NCBI GenBank assembly: GCA_017463765.1
Contig: JAFTON010000098.1
Location: 1 to 55,187, forward strand
DNA from: Clostridia bacterium
GTDB taxonomy: Bacteria > Bacillota > Clostridia > Oscillospirales > CAG-272
DNA length: 55,187 bases
Direction of reading: 5' to 3'
Shown here: positions 36,440 through 45,615 of the stretch, piece by piece
How the letters are laid out: every line of letters begins with the position of its first letter
Numbering within the stretch: the first letter of the stretch is position 1
Made by a program: the position numbers and the translations under genes
Notes under the pieces: model-generated
Databases searched by the model: none
Seen by the model: only the letters and a program-made list of their open reading frames with translations
What the model was told of the DNA's origin: nothing

Positions 36440-37981
36440 TTACTTCTTAAAGCCTGCAAAAAGGTTCTTGAACCAAGCGCTGATATTAGCGAAGAAATCG
36501 GTAACAGCCTTGAGAATCTTCTGCACAAGAGTAAGCTCGCCGGGCTGCTCGGGCTCGGGATCTGTGGGAGTTTCGGGATCGGGATTAGGATCGGGATCGG
36601 GATTAGGATCGGGATCGGGGGTAGGATCAGGATCGGGGGTAGGATCAGGATCAGGGGTAGGATCGGGATCGGGATCGGGATCTACGGGAGCCTGAGGCGC
36701 TGTAACAGTAGCCGAAGGAATGCCATCCTTAAAGCTGATGGTTACGGTGCTGCCGTCCTCTGCAACGTTGATATAGCAGTTATCTGCACTACCATTTTCA
36801 CCGTAGGATACGGTCCAGGTCTTGTTCTCGGTAACCTTGAAGTGATACTCGCCTGCGAAAACGTTCTCATAAACCTTAACGTATGCGCCTGTCTCCTCAT
36901 CGTAAACAAGGAGGTTGGTCTCATCACTTGCATTCCAGCTTGTGCCAAAGAAGTTTACGCCACCGGGTATATACTCACCGTTAGCGTCCATCATAACGTC
37001 ACCTGCGACGATATAAACCTTATCGGTATCGGGGGTAGGATCGGGGTCTACGGGGGTATCCGAAGCCGTTACGGTTACAGAAGGAACGTTATCTTTAAAT
37101 GTAATTGTAACGGTACTGCCCGCCTGTGCAACGTTAATGTAGCAGTTATCTGCGCCACCGTTTGCACCGTAGGATTCGTTCCAGGACTTGTCAACGGTAA
37201 CCTTAAAATCATATTCACCTGCAGCAACTCCCGTATAAACCTTCACGAAGCAGCCCAGCTCTGCATCATATTCAAGCTTATTTGCCTCATTGGTAACATC
37301 CCAGCTTGTGCCAAAGATGGTGGCATTGTCACCTGTCTGATACTCGCTGTTGATCTGGTGAACGTCACCAGCGATAATGTAAGTAGCATAAGCATCGCAG
37401 TTAGCGCAAGCACCGTCTGCACCGTAAGTATGGCCTGTCGCAAAGATTGGCGCAGTATAAGTCTCTCCACACTTGGAGCAGAGGTGAGAAATCTCTCCGT
37501 TCTCGGTACAGGAGGCAGGAGTAATAACACTTCCCTCACCTGAGGGAGAATGAATGCACTCACCTGTTTCGATAAGAGACCAGACTCCATTAGTACCGGA
37601 ATCCCACTGACCCTCGTTGATAGTATAGTGGTTATTCTTACCGTCATACTTAAGGTCACCTGTCTGATTCCACTTATTATTCCAATTGTTATCGGAAGTA
37701 CCGGGATTCATTCTGCAGAAGATGATGTTTTCAACGCCTGCGGGAATAACGCATGCATATACACCGTCGCCGTCAGGGTCGGTCATATCAAACCATGTGT
37801 TACCGATATCCCAGGTGTATGCAGCAAAGCGAGCGCCATCTATCTTCCAGTTAGAATTGGGTGTCAGGAAGATGGTTGTATCACCTGTGGTTTTTGCCGC
37901 GAAGGCAGTAATTGTTGTCATGCTCATCAGAAGTGTAAAAACTACAAGAAGAGCAACTAAAATTTTGCGTGTGCTTTTCAT
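36440..37981 (-). CDS. secreted starch-binding-type protein C (CBM26-like plus two X25-like, PD linker), C-terminal amphipathic helix
   Basis: Signal peptide ending AFA; paralogous to proteins B and D; two YIIAGDV...SW...N.L.YD.E.G..VKVY..V.AGEY.FKV...W..SYG modules. Confidence 0.78.
   Translation of the reverse strand: MKSTRKILVALLVVFTLLMSMTTITAFAAKTTGDTTIFLTPNSNWKIDGARFAAYTWDIGNTWFDMTDPDGDGVYACVIPAGVENIIFCRMNPGTSDNNWNNKWNQTGDLKYDGKNNHYTINEGQWDSGTNGVWSLIETGECIHSPSGEGSVITPASCTENGEISHLCSKCGETYTAPIFATGHTYGADGACANCDAYATYIIAGDVHQINSEYQTGDNATIFGTSWDVTNEANKLEYDAELGCFVKVYTGVAAGEYDFKVTVDKSWNESYGANGGADNCYINVAQAGSTVTITFKDNVPSVTVTASDTPVDPDPTPDTDKVYIVAGDVMMDANGEYIPGGVNFFGTSWNASDETNLLVYDEETGAYVKVYENVFAGEYHFKVTENKTWTVSYGENGSADNCYINVAEDGSTVTISFKDGIPSATVTAPQAPVDPDPDPDPTPDPDPTPDPDPTPDPDPNPDPDPNPDPETPTDPEPEQPGELTLVQKILKAVTDFFANISAWFKNLFAGFKK
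36574..36687 (-). repeat. degenerate 6/18-bp tandem repeat encoding a (PDPDPT/PDPDPN)n linker
   Basis: Repeated GGATCG/GGATCA/GGGTAG units. Confidence 0.9.
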
Positions 37982-38019
37982 AAAAGACCCTTTCTTTTTT
38001 TATTTTTTGTACCATATGG

Positions 38020-38090
38020 ATTATAACACATTTGGGTTATTTTTACAATATGTCTTCGAAAAAATGTTTACTTTTGTAAATTGTGCACAA
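38020..38090 (-). promoter_or_regulatory. promoter TTGTAA-17-TGnTATAAT plus upstream 17-bp box (copy 3)
   Basis: -10 at 38025-38020, -35 at 38048-38043, box TTGTAAATTGTGCACAA at 38074-38090. Confidence 0.75.
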
Positions 38091-38113
38091 AAGGATTTGT
38101 AATTACAATACAC

Positions 38114-38145
38114 AAAAAGCCCCCGTATTTACTTAATACAGGGGC
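38114..38145 (-). terminator. intrinsic terminator of protein D gene
   Basis: GCCCCTGTATT...AATACGGGGGC stem followed by T5 on the minus strand. Confidence 0.7.
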
Positions 38146-38165
38146 AAAACGTATGCTTTTGTAAA

Positions 38166-39116
38166 TTATCTTTCATTTCCACCGAAAAGACTTCTGAAAA
38201 AGTTCACTATTGCGAGCCATATTTTTTGGAAGAAGCTTAGCTTTTCCTCAGACTCACTTCCGTCGAAGTTGTCCGAATCATCAGAAGAATCGGATTGATC
38301 GTCATCGGGGTTTTCCACGGGGGTGTCGATAACCATTGCTGCGCAAGTAACCTTGCCGTCCTTAAAGCTGATTACAACCGTGCTGCCGTCCTTATCAACC
38401 TTAAGATAGCAATTCTCACCGTCATTACCGTAAGAAACGTCCCATGACTTATTTTCAGCTATCTTGAAGTGATACTCGCCTGCAGCCACGTTCTCATAAA
38501 TCTTAACGTAACAGCCGGATTCCTCGTCGTAGGTCATTCTGTTGTTTTCATCCGAAACATCCCATTTTGAAACGAACAGAGTATCATTATCACCCTTCCT
38601 GTAGCTATCGCCATCCTTCATTACATTGCCTGCAACAATATAGAACAGCTCCTCGCCACACTTTATGCAAACATCATTTTCATAGGAATGGGCGCAGGCA
38701 TTGCTGTCAAATACAGACCAGCGTCCCTCTCCGTTGCTCCATGCACCTGTGGCGATGGTATAATGATTTTTGGTTCCGTCAAATTTCAGATCATCCGTCT
38801 GATTCCAGGTTGTGCTCCAGCCATTGTGAGTTTCACCGGGATCAAGACGGCAGAAAATAATGCTTGTATACCCCGAAGGAAGAATTCCTTCATAAACGCC
38901 GTCACCGTCAGAGTCCTTCATCTCTATCCACAGATAAGAACCACTCTCATCCCAGACATACATAGCGAAACGGGCGTTATCAGACCTCCAGTTTGAGTTT
39001 GGAGTAAGGTAAATCTCCACGTCACCGTCAGCAGCATAGGCTGTAAATCCTATGAGACCGATAATCAAGGTCAGAATAGCTAAAAGAGTCAACAAAGAAT
39101 AACGAATGCTTTTCAT
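38166..39116 (-). CDS. secreted starch-binding-type protein D (CBM26-like plus X25-like), C-terminal amphipathic helix
   Basis: Signal peptide ending AYA; YLTPNSNW..NARFAMYVW...IFCRLDP..WNQT module; acidic linker; ends LSFFQKIWLAIVNFFRSLFG. Confidence 0.78.
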   Translation of the reverse strand: MKSIRYSLLTLLAILTLIIGLIGFTAYAADGDVEIYLTPNSNWRSDNARFAMYVWDESGSYLWIEMKDSDGDGVYEGILPSGYTSIIFCRLDPGETHNGWSTTWNQTDDLKFDGTKNHYTIATGAWSNGEGRWSVFDSNACAHSYENDVCIKCGEELFYIVAGNVMKDGDSYRKGDNDTLFVSKWDVSDENNRMTYDEESGCYVKIYENVAAGEYHFKIAENKSWDVSYGNDGENCYLKVDKDGSTVVISFKDGKVTCAAMVIDTPVENPDDDQSDSSDDSDNFDGSESEEKLSFFQKIWLAIVNFFRSLFGGNER

Positions 39117-39138
39117 ACGGGTATCCTTTCAGAAAAAT

Positions 39139-39786
39139 TTATTTCAGCATATCAGCCACATCATCGGGTGCATCGGCAAGATAGGTGAAGCCTGCGTTTT
39201 CAAGCTCCTCTCTGCTGCCGTGTCCCCATCTGACACCAAGACTGTCAATTCCACATTTTTTTGCGCCCTCGGCATCATAGATCCTGTCACCGACAAGAAT
39301 AGCCTTGCTGCGATCTGCACCTACGGCGTTAAGGCTGTAATCCAGAACCTGCCATTTATGGTCACGGTTGTCACCCGATGCGCCACCCATAAAATCAAAA
39401 TACTTATCCAGACCAAACAGCTTCATAATCTTAAGAGCAGTTCCCTCCGGCTTTGAAGTGGCAAGAACAATGGTTTTACCTGCTGCCTTAAGACTCTCAA
39501 GCATTTCAAAAACGCCCGGATAAACCTTATTATCCCACCAACCGTAGATATTGTAATACTCACGGAATTTCTCAATTGCGTCGACAACGGTTTTCTCGTT
39601 AAATCCGAATTCGTCCTGCCATACCACGTAAAGAGACGGGCCGATAAACCGTCTGAGCGACTCACGGTCACCGTAATCGGTAACACCCATTTTCTTAAAC
39701 GCATAGATGAATGCGTCCACAAGTCCCTGCTCCGGGTCGGAGAGTGTTCCGTCAAGATCAAATGCAATAACGTCGTATTTTTTCAT
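39139..39786 (-). CDS. HAD-family phosphatase (phosphoglycolate phosphatase / 5'-nucleotidase-like)
   Basis: FDLDGTL, LATSKP, VGDRIYDAEGA. Confidence 0.9.
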   Translation of the reverse strand: MKKYDVIAFDLDGTLSDPEQGLVDAFIYAFKKMGVTDYGDRESLRRFIGPSLYVVWQDEFGFNEKTVVDAIEKFREYYNIYGWWDNKVYPGVFEMLESLKAAGKTIVLATSKPEGTALKIMKLFGLDKYFDFMGGASGDNRDHKWQVLDYSLNAVGADRSKAILVGDRIYDAEGAKKCGIDSLGVRWGHGSREELENAGFTYLADAPDDVADMLK

Positions 39787-39858
39787 AAATGTTCCCTTAG
39801 CAAATTTTTGTCATCAATATTATAGTATAAAACCTTCAAAATGTCAACAAGATAAAGC

Positions 39859-39885
39859 AAAAGCCCCACAAAAGTGAGGCTTTTT
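39859..39885 (-). terminator. gdhA terminator
   Basis: AAAAGCC.CAC / GTGAGGCTTTT stem. Confidence 0.65.
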
Positions 39886-39899
39886 GAAAAAACACGGAA

Positions 39900-41357
<1,458 letters not shown>

Positions 41358-41385
41358 TTAAAAACCGTCGCCGTAGGAAAAAGCG

Positions 41386-42801
41386 TTGAAGATAGCAGAA
41401 CTGATTAAAAGAGTAAAGCTCCCTGCAAGAGCTTCGATATATTATCTTGTAGCAAGCGTGATAGGTAAGGCTGTAAGCTTCCTGATTACCCCATTTGCCA
41501 CAAGACTGCTAAGCCGTGAGGATTTCGGTCAATTCAGTCTGTATATGGCAATTTTAGGCGGAGTATCTGTAGTATGCTCTGCCCTGACGTCAGGAAGTGC
41601 GATATACAAGGGAATTAAGGATCACAACGACAACAGACAGGAGTATTTAAAAAACGTTCTTGCAGTCAATCTGGCTTTTTCGTTGTTAATATGTATACTT
41701 TTGTTGGCATTTATGCCGTTTTTAAAACTGAAACGCTTTCTTTTAATACCGATGTCACTTCAAATTTTGTGTGACGGAACGGTTGCAATTGCAATGAGCT
41801 CAAAACGTTTTGACTACAAATACAAGACGGTTGCATGGGTTGCGATAATCATCGCAGTGTTGCCACCCGTGATGGCGATTGTTATTCTCAAAAGGTGGGG
41901 TGGGGGGTATATTGTCAGAATATATGCAATGCTGTTCGTCTCCATCTGCCTTGCTGCCTACTCCATCGCAAAAATCTACCGCGGAAGTAAAAAGAAAACG
42001 CACGGTATGGCAAGATACGTAATAAAAAGCTCCACCCCACTTCTGCCTCACAGTATTTCAAGCGCCATGTCGGTTCAGGCAGACAAGCTTTTTATTACAT
42101 CGATAATGGGGGCATCTGCATTAGCAAAATACAGCGTAGTCTATTCACTGGGAATTGCATTGCAGTTTACCGTAAGCGCAATAGGCTCAGCCCTGAGCCC
42201 CTGGATAATCAGAAGGCTTGACGCAGGTGAAGAGAAAAAAATTTGTGAGCTGGTATTGCCGATGACGGTGGGCTATTGCGCTCTGTCACAGTGTCTCGTT
42301 GCAGTTGCACCCGAGGCAATGCTGATACTTGCACCACGCGATTATCTTGATGCCCTTCCTGCCATTCTGCCCATTGCGCTTTCAACACCTTTTTTATTTA
42401 TTTCATCGGTGGCTACCGTGGGAATCGTTCACTCAGGCAAGAGTCGCTATGCAATGAGGATTTCACTGTTCGGGGTTGCTTTATGTATCATATTAAACTA
42501 TATGTTAATCGGTGGTTTTGGGTTCGTTGGTGCCGGAGCAGCACTGCTGATTTGTCAGGGGGTAACTGCCCTAATTGGTGTGGCTTTTCTTGAAAAAGCA
42601 GGACTCGGTGAAATGCTGTCTCTCGGAAAAATTGTCCTAACCTGTGTTGTAAGTGCATTAGTGGGATTACTGTTTTATCTTATGCGAGAGTCGGTGGCAT
42701 TAAGGCTTTTCACTCTTATATTACCGGGTATCGCACTTCTGTATTGCCTGAAAAAAGCAGGTGAGTTAGTTATGGAAACGGACAAGAAAAAGCTACCGTA
42801 A
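41386..42801 (+). CDS. Wzx-like oligosaccharide flippase
   Basis: About 12-14 TM segments; FLITPFATRLLSREDFG, PLLPHSIS...QADK; orphan with no adjacent glycosyltransferases. Confidence 0.78.
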   Translation: MKIAELIKRVKLPARASIYYLVASVIGKAVSFLITPFATRLLSREDFGQFSLYMAILGGVSVVCSALTSGSAIYKGIKDHNDNRQEYLKNVLAVNLAFSLLICILLLAFMPFLKLKRFLLIPMSLQILCDGTVAIAMSSKRFDYKYKTVAWVAIIIAVLPPVMAIVILKRWGGGYIVRIYAMLFVSICLAAYSIAKIYRGSKKKTHGMARYVIKSSTPLLPHSISSAMSVQADKLFITSIMGASALAKYSVVYSLGIALQFTVSAIGSALSPWIIRRLDAGEEKKICELVLPMTVGYCALSQCLVAVAPEAMLILAPRDYLDALPAILPIALSTPFLFISSVATVGIVHSGKSRYAMRISLFGVALCIILNYMLIGGFGFVGAGAALLICQGVTALIGVAFLEKAGLGEMLSLGKIVLTCVVSALVGLLFYLMRESVALRLFTLILPGIALLYCLKKAGELVMETDKKKLP

Positions 42802-42862
42802 TGTTTATTTTGTTATATAAAAAGGGCTTTTGAGGTGTTTTTCACTTCATCAGCCCTAATAG

Positions 42863-43399
42863 TTAATATTGATCCTCGGAATAATTGTTTAGTGCCTCTG
42901 CAACATAGGAAACAAGCAGGTCTGCAAATCCATCGCTTGACTCGATAAGAATCTCTGCCCTCTCATATCTTCCCGAGGTGGTTAATCTGTAAATCTCAGT
43001 TGGATCGAGTGTTGGCAGGTAGGAATATTTTTTCATTCCGTAGGGTGTCTTATGCGCCCTTCTCTCCTCTCTTGACTGCTTCTCAATCTTCACAATCTCA
43101 TGCAGCGCTATGCGACAGAGGGTGGTATATCTTTTTCCGGTCTGCTGTCTGACGACAAAAAGAGGAATGCCCTCGCTGTCAAATGTTATATCATAAAAGT
43201 AGATTGGCGCAATATATTTTGCGTAAAGCATAAGAGCTACGGAAAGAAGCAAAATGCCGATAAGGCTTACAATCCCCTTATAAAGTGGAATCAATGTTGA
43301 CAGCGTAATCAGAACAAAAGCTGCCATCATACAGAAAATGAATACCGATCTGGCTTTATTATTACTTGGTTTTGGTTTTACCGAAAATTCTTTTATCAC
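42863..43399 (-). CDS. hypothetical membrane protein (two TM helices)
   Basis: GGAGG RBS with GTG start; two hydrophobic segments then a soluble domain. Confidence 0.7.
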   Translation of the reverse strand: MIKEFSVKPKPSNNKARSVFIFCMMAAFVLITLSTLIPLYKGIVSLIGILLLSVALMLYAKYIAPIYFYDITFDSEGIPLFVVRQQTGKRYTTLCRIALHEIVKIEKQSREERRAHKTPYGMKKYSYLPTLDPTEIYRLTTSGRYERAEILIESSDGFADLLVSYVAEALNNYSEDQY

Positions 43400-43550
43400 G
43401 TCGATTTTTCCTCCGACAGTTTATATAATACAAGTATAACCTAAACAAAAGAAAAAGTCAACAAAAAAGAAGGAAATGCCCGAAAACGAGCCTTTCCTTC
43501 AAACGCAAAAATTATTTATTAAAATATTTATTTCAGAAAACCTGTGATAA

Positions 43551-43790
43551 TCAGAAGATATCATCCCTGCCGTAATACATATCGCGTTTTTCCTCATCAG
43601 TAAGCTGGTCAATATCCTTGCCCTGTCGCATAGCTGTCCACGCACGGTTAGGCACGGGAGGATTGAATGCAGGGAGCTCTATGCCGGGAGTGTTTATACC
43701 GGATACGGCACCGGGAGCATCCTTACGGTAATTTCTCACGTTATACTTTTCGGTATTATCGGTGGTTTTCTTTTTGTTATTCTTTTCCAT
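43551..43790 (-). CDS. small hypothetical protein (79 aa)
   Basis: AAAGGA RBS; downstream GAAGGAAA/TTTCCTTC hairpin at about 43462-43500. Confidence 0.65.
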   Translation of the reverse strand: MEKNNKKKTTDNTEKYNVRNYRKDAPGAVSGINTPGIELPAFNPPVPNRAWTAMRQGKDIDQLTDEEKRDMYYGRDDIF

Positions 43791-43942
43791 TTAAGTTTTC
43801 CTTTCTTCGATAAGAGAATAAAATCAACCTGCTCTTACCTTTGGTATTAATATTGTGCGCAGAGGAAAGAATTTTTATGTGCTTGATTTTTGGATTTTTG
43901 TGTGATAAAATATCTTTATCACGCACCGAAGGAATAATACTG

Positions 43943-44833
43943 ATGCTTTATAATAATTTAAGTGGATACTTCAGAAATAAATATGGCAGAAGGCTTGGCA
44001 AAATATGTATAGACGGTGGCTTTTCCTGTCCAAACCGTGACGGCACCGTAGGTCACGGTGGATGTATATACTGTGGCGAGCGAGGAGCAGGCGAGCATAT
44101 TGATCAGGGTGCATCTATAAAAGAACAGGTTTTATCAGCTCTTAAGGATGCAGATGAAGACGAAATGTTCGTTGCCTACTTTCAGAATTTTACAAACACA
44201 TATGCGCCGGTTGAGGTTCTTCGCGAAAGATATGATGCGGCATTAATCGACGATAGAATAAAGGTGCTTGCGATAGGAACACGCCCGGACTGTATTGACG
44301 AGGAGATTGCCAGGCTTATCGCCTCATACAAAAACAGAGTTGACGTATGGGTAGAGCTCGGACTCCAGACGGCAAATGATAATACGGCAGATATTATCAA
44401 CCGAGGCTATCACCGTGAGGTGTTTGAAAGAGCTATGGAGCTGCTTGACAAATACTCAGTGCCGGTTGTTGTGCATCTGATAGTAGGACTGCCCGGCGAG
44501 GGACTTGATGAAATAAAGGAAACCGTGGAATATATAAACCGTTTCAATCTTTTTGGTATCAAAATTCATTCAATATACGTTATGAAGAATACAAGACTTG
44601 CAGAGATGTATAAAAATGGTGAATATGCTCCACCATCGATGGAGGAATACGTTAACTCTGCAGTATATATTCTCACCCACGTTTCCCCGAGAGTTACGAT
44701 ACACAGGCTTACCGGAGACTGTCCCGGGGATTTGCTGATTGCGCCCACCTGGAACAGAAATAAAAGCGAAGTGATTAACAGTATAGTATATAAAATGCAA
44801 CTTGAGGGTCTAAGTCAGGGCTGCAGGCATTAA
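43943..44833 (+). CDS. radical SAM protein, TIGR01212 (YhcC/YtqA) family
   Basis: GFSCPNRDG...GGCIYC, YFQNFTNTY, GTRPDC, ELGLQT, HRLTGD; ATG 43943. Confidence 0.9.
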   Translation: MLYNNLSGYFRNKYGRRLGKICIDGGFSCPNRDGTVGHGGCIYCGERGAGEHIDQGASIKEQVLSALKDADEDEMFVAYFQNFTNTYAPVEVLRERYDAALIDDRIKVLAIGTRPDCIDEEIARLIASYKNRVDVWVELGLQTANDNTADIINRGYHREVFERAMELLDKYSVPVVVHLIVGLPGEGLDEIKETVEYINRFNLFGIKIHSIYVMKNTRLAEMYKNGEYAPPSMEEYVNSAVYILTHVSPRVTIHRLTGDCPGDLLIAPTWNRNKSEVINSIVYKMQLEGLSQGCRH

Positions 44834-44881
44834 AATAACCACTTACTTGGCAAAAACGAGCCTTGTAAGTGGTATTTTTTT
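44833..44881. terminator. bidirectional terminator
   Basis: ACCACTTAC / GTAAGTGGT stem with flanking A and T runs. Confidence 0.65.
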
Positions 44882-44897
44882 ATTTTGACGGTTAATT

Positions 44898-45455
44898 TTA
44901 CATCATTTTATCAAGAATTGACATAATGGTTTTCTCAAGCTCGTCGAAGGACATATCGATTTCTCCCTTGAAATAATCAACCATAATATCTACGCATGCG
45001 TTGGCAAGAAAGCTTATCTGGACGTATCTTTCGGTTTTGTTTTTTGATAAGAATGGCGACTTCACGTTAGCAAATACCCTTTTGGTAATAATATGCTTTA
45101 TCCTGTCTATAAAATAAATTGCATCGGGAGAACCCGAAACCTTGCGATACAGATCCTCGTTTTCCTTCAGAAAGTTAAAAATACGTTTGATGTAAATATG
45201 GTAATCCGATGTTTTATCGGCATCCATTGCGTCAATTATCATATCAAGGCTACCTAAAAGCTCCCTCAGTATCTCGTCGGCAACGGCGTAGATATCATCA
45301 TAATGATTATAAAAGGTGCTTTTGGCAATATCTGCCCTCTCGGCAAGCTCAGCAACACTGATGCTTGCAATAACCTTCTTCTCACCGATTAGATCAACAA
45401 AGGCAGACCTGATCATTTTTTTAGTTCTGGCAGAATTTCTATACTCTTTCTTCAT
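44898..45455 (-). CDS. TetR/AcrR family transcriptional regulator
   Basis: RTKKMIRSAF...ISVAELAERADIAKSTFYNHYDDIY HTH; divergent from the MMPL gene. Confidence 0.92.
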   Translation of the reverse strand: MKKEYRNSARTKKMIRSAFVDLIGEKKVIASISVAELAERADIAKSTFYNHYDDIYAVADEILRELLGSLDMIIDAMDADKTSDYHIYIKRIFNFLKENEDLYRKVSGSPDAIYFIDRIKHIITKRVFANVKSPFLSKNKTERYVQISFLANACVDIMVDYFKGEIDMSFDELEKTIMSILDKMM

Positions 45456-45483
45456 AATATGTTCATTTCTTTCTTATAGATTT

Positions 45484-45539
45484 TTGGACGTTTTAAGACG
45501 CTGTGTCCAATATTGCAAAACGACCTAAAATTAGTCGTT
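45484..45539. promoter_or_regulatory. candidate TetR operators
   Basis: TTGGAC-N15-GTCCAA (45484-45510) and AACGAC-N9-GTCGTT (45519-45539) in the divergent intergenic region. Confidence 0.45.
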
Positions 45540-45615
45540 GAATTTGATTTATTGATATTATAATATAAAAGTGGATATTTGTCAAGAAATACAATTTTAC
45601 TTACGGAGGACTAAC

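Noticed and set aside
36574-36687. Possible CRISPR-like array
   Set aside because: Short in-frame coding repeats with no unique spacers, and no cas genes in the window.
36420-36695. Gly-Ser repeat ORF on the plus strand
   Set aside because: It is the reverse reading of the Pro-Asp linker of protein C.
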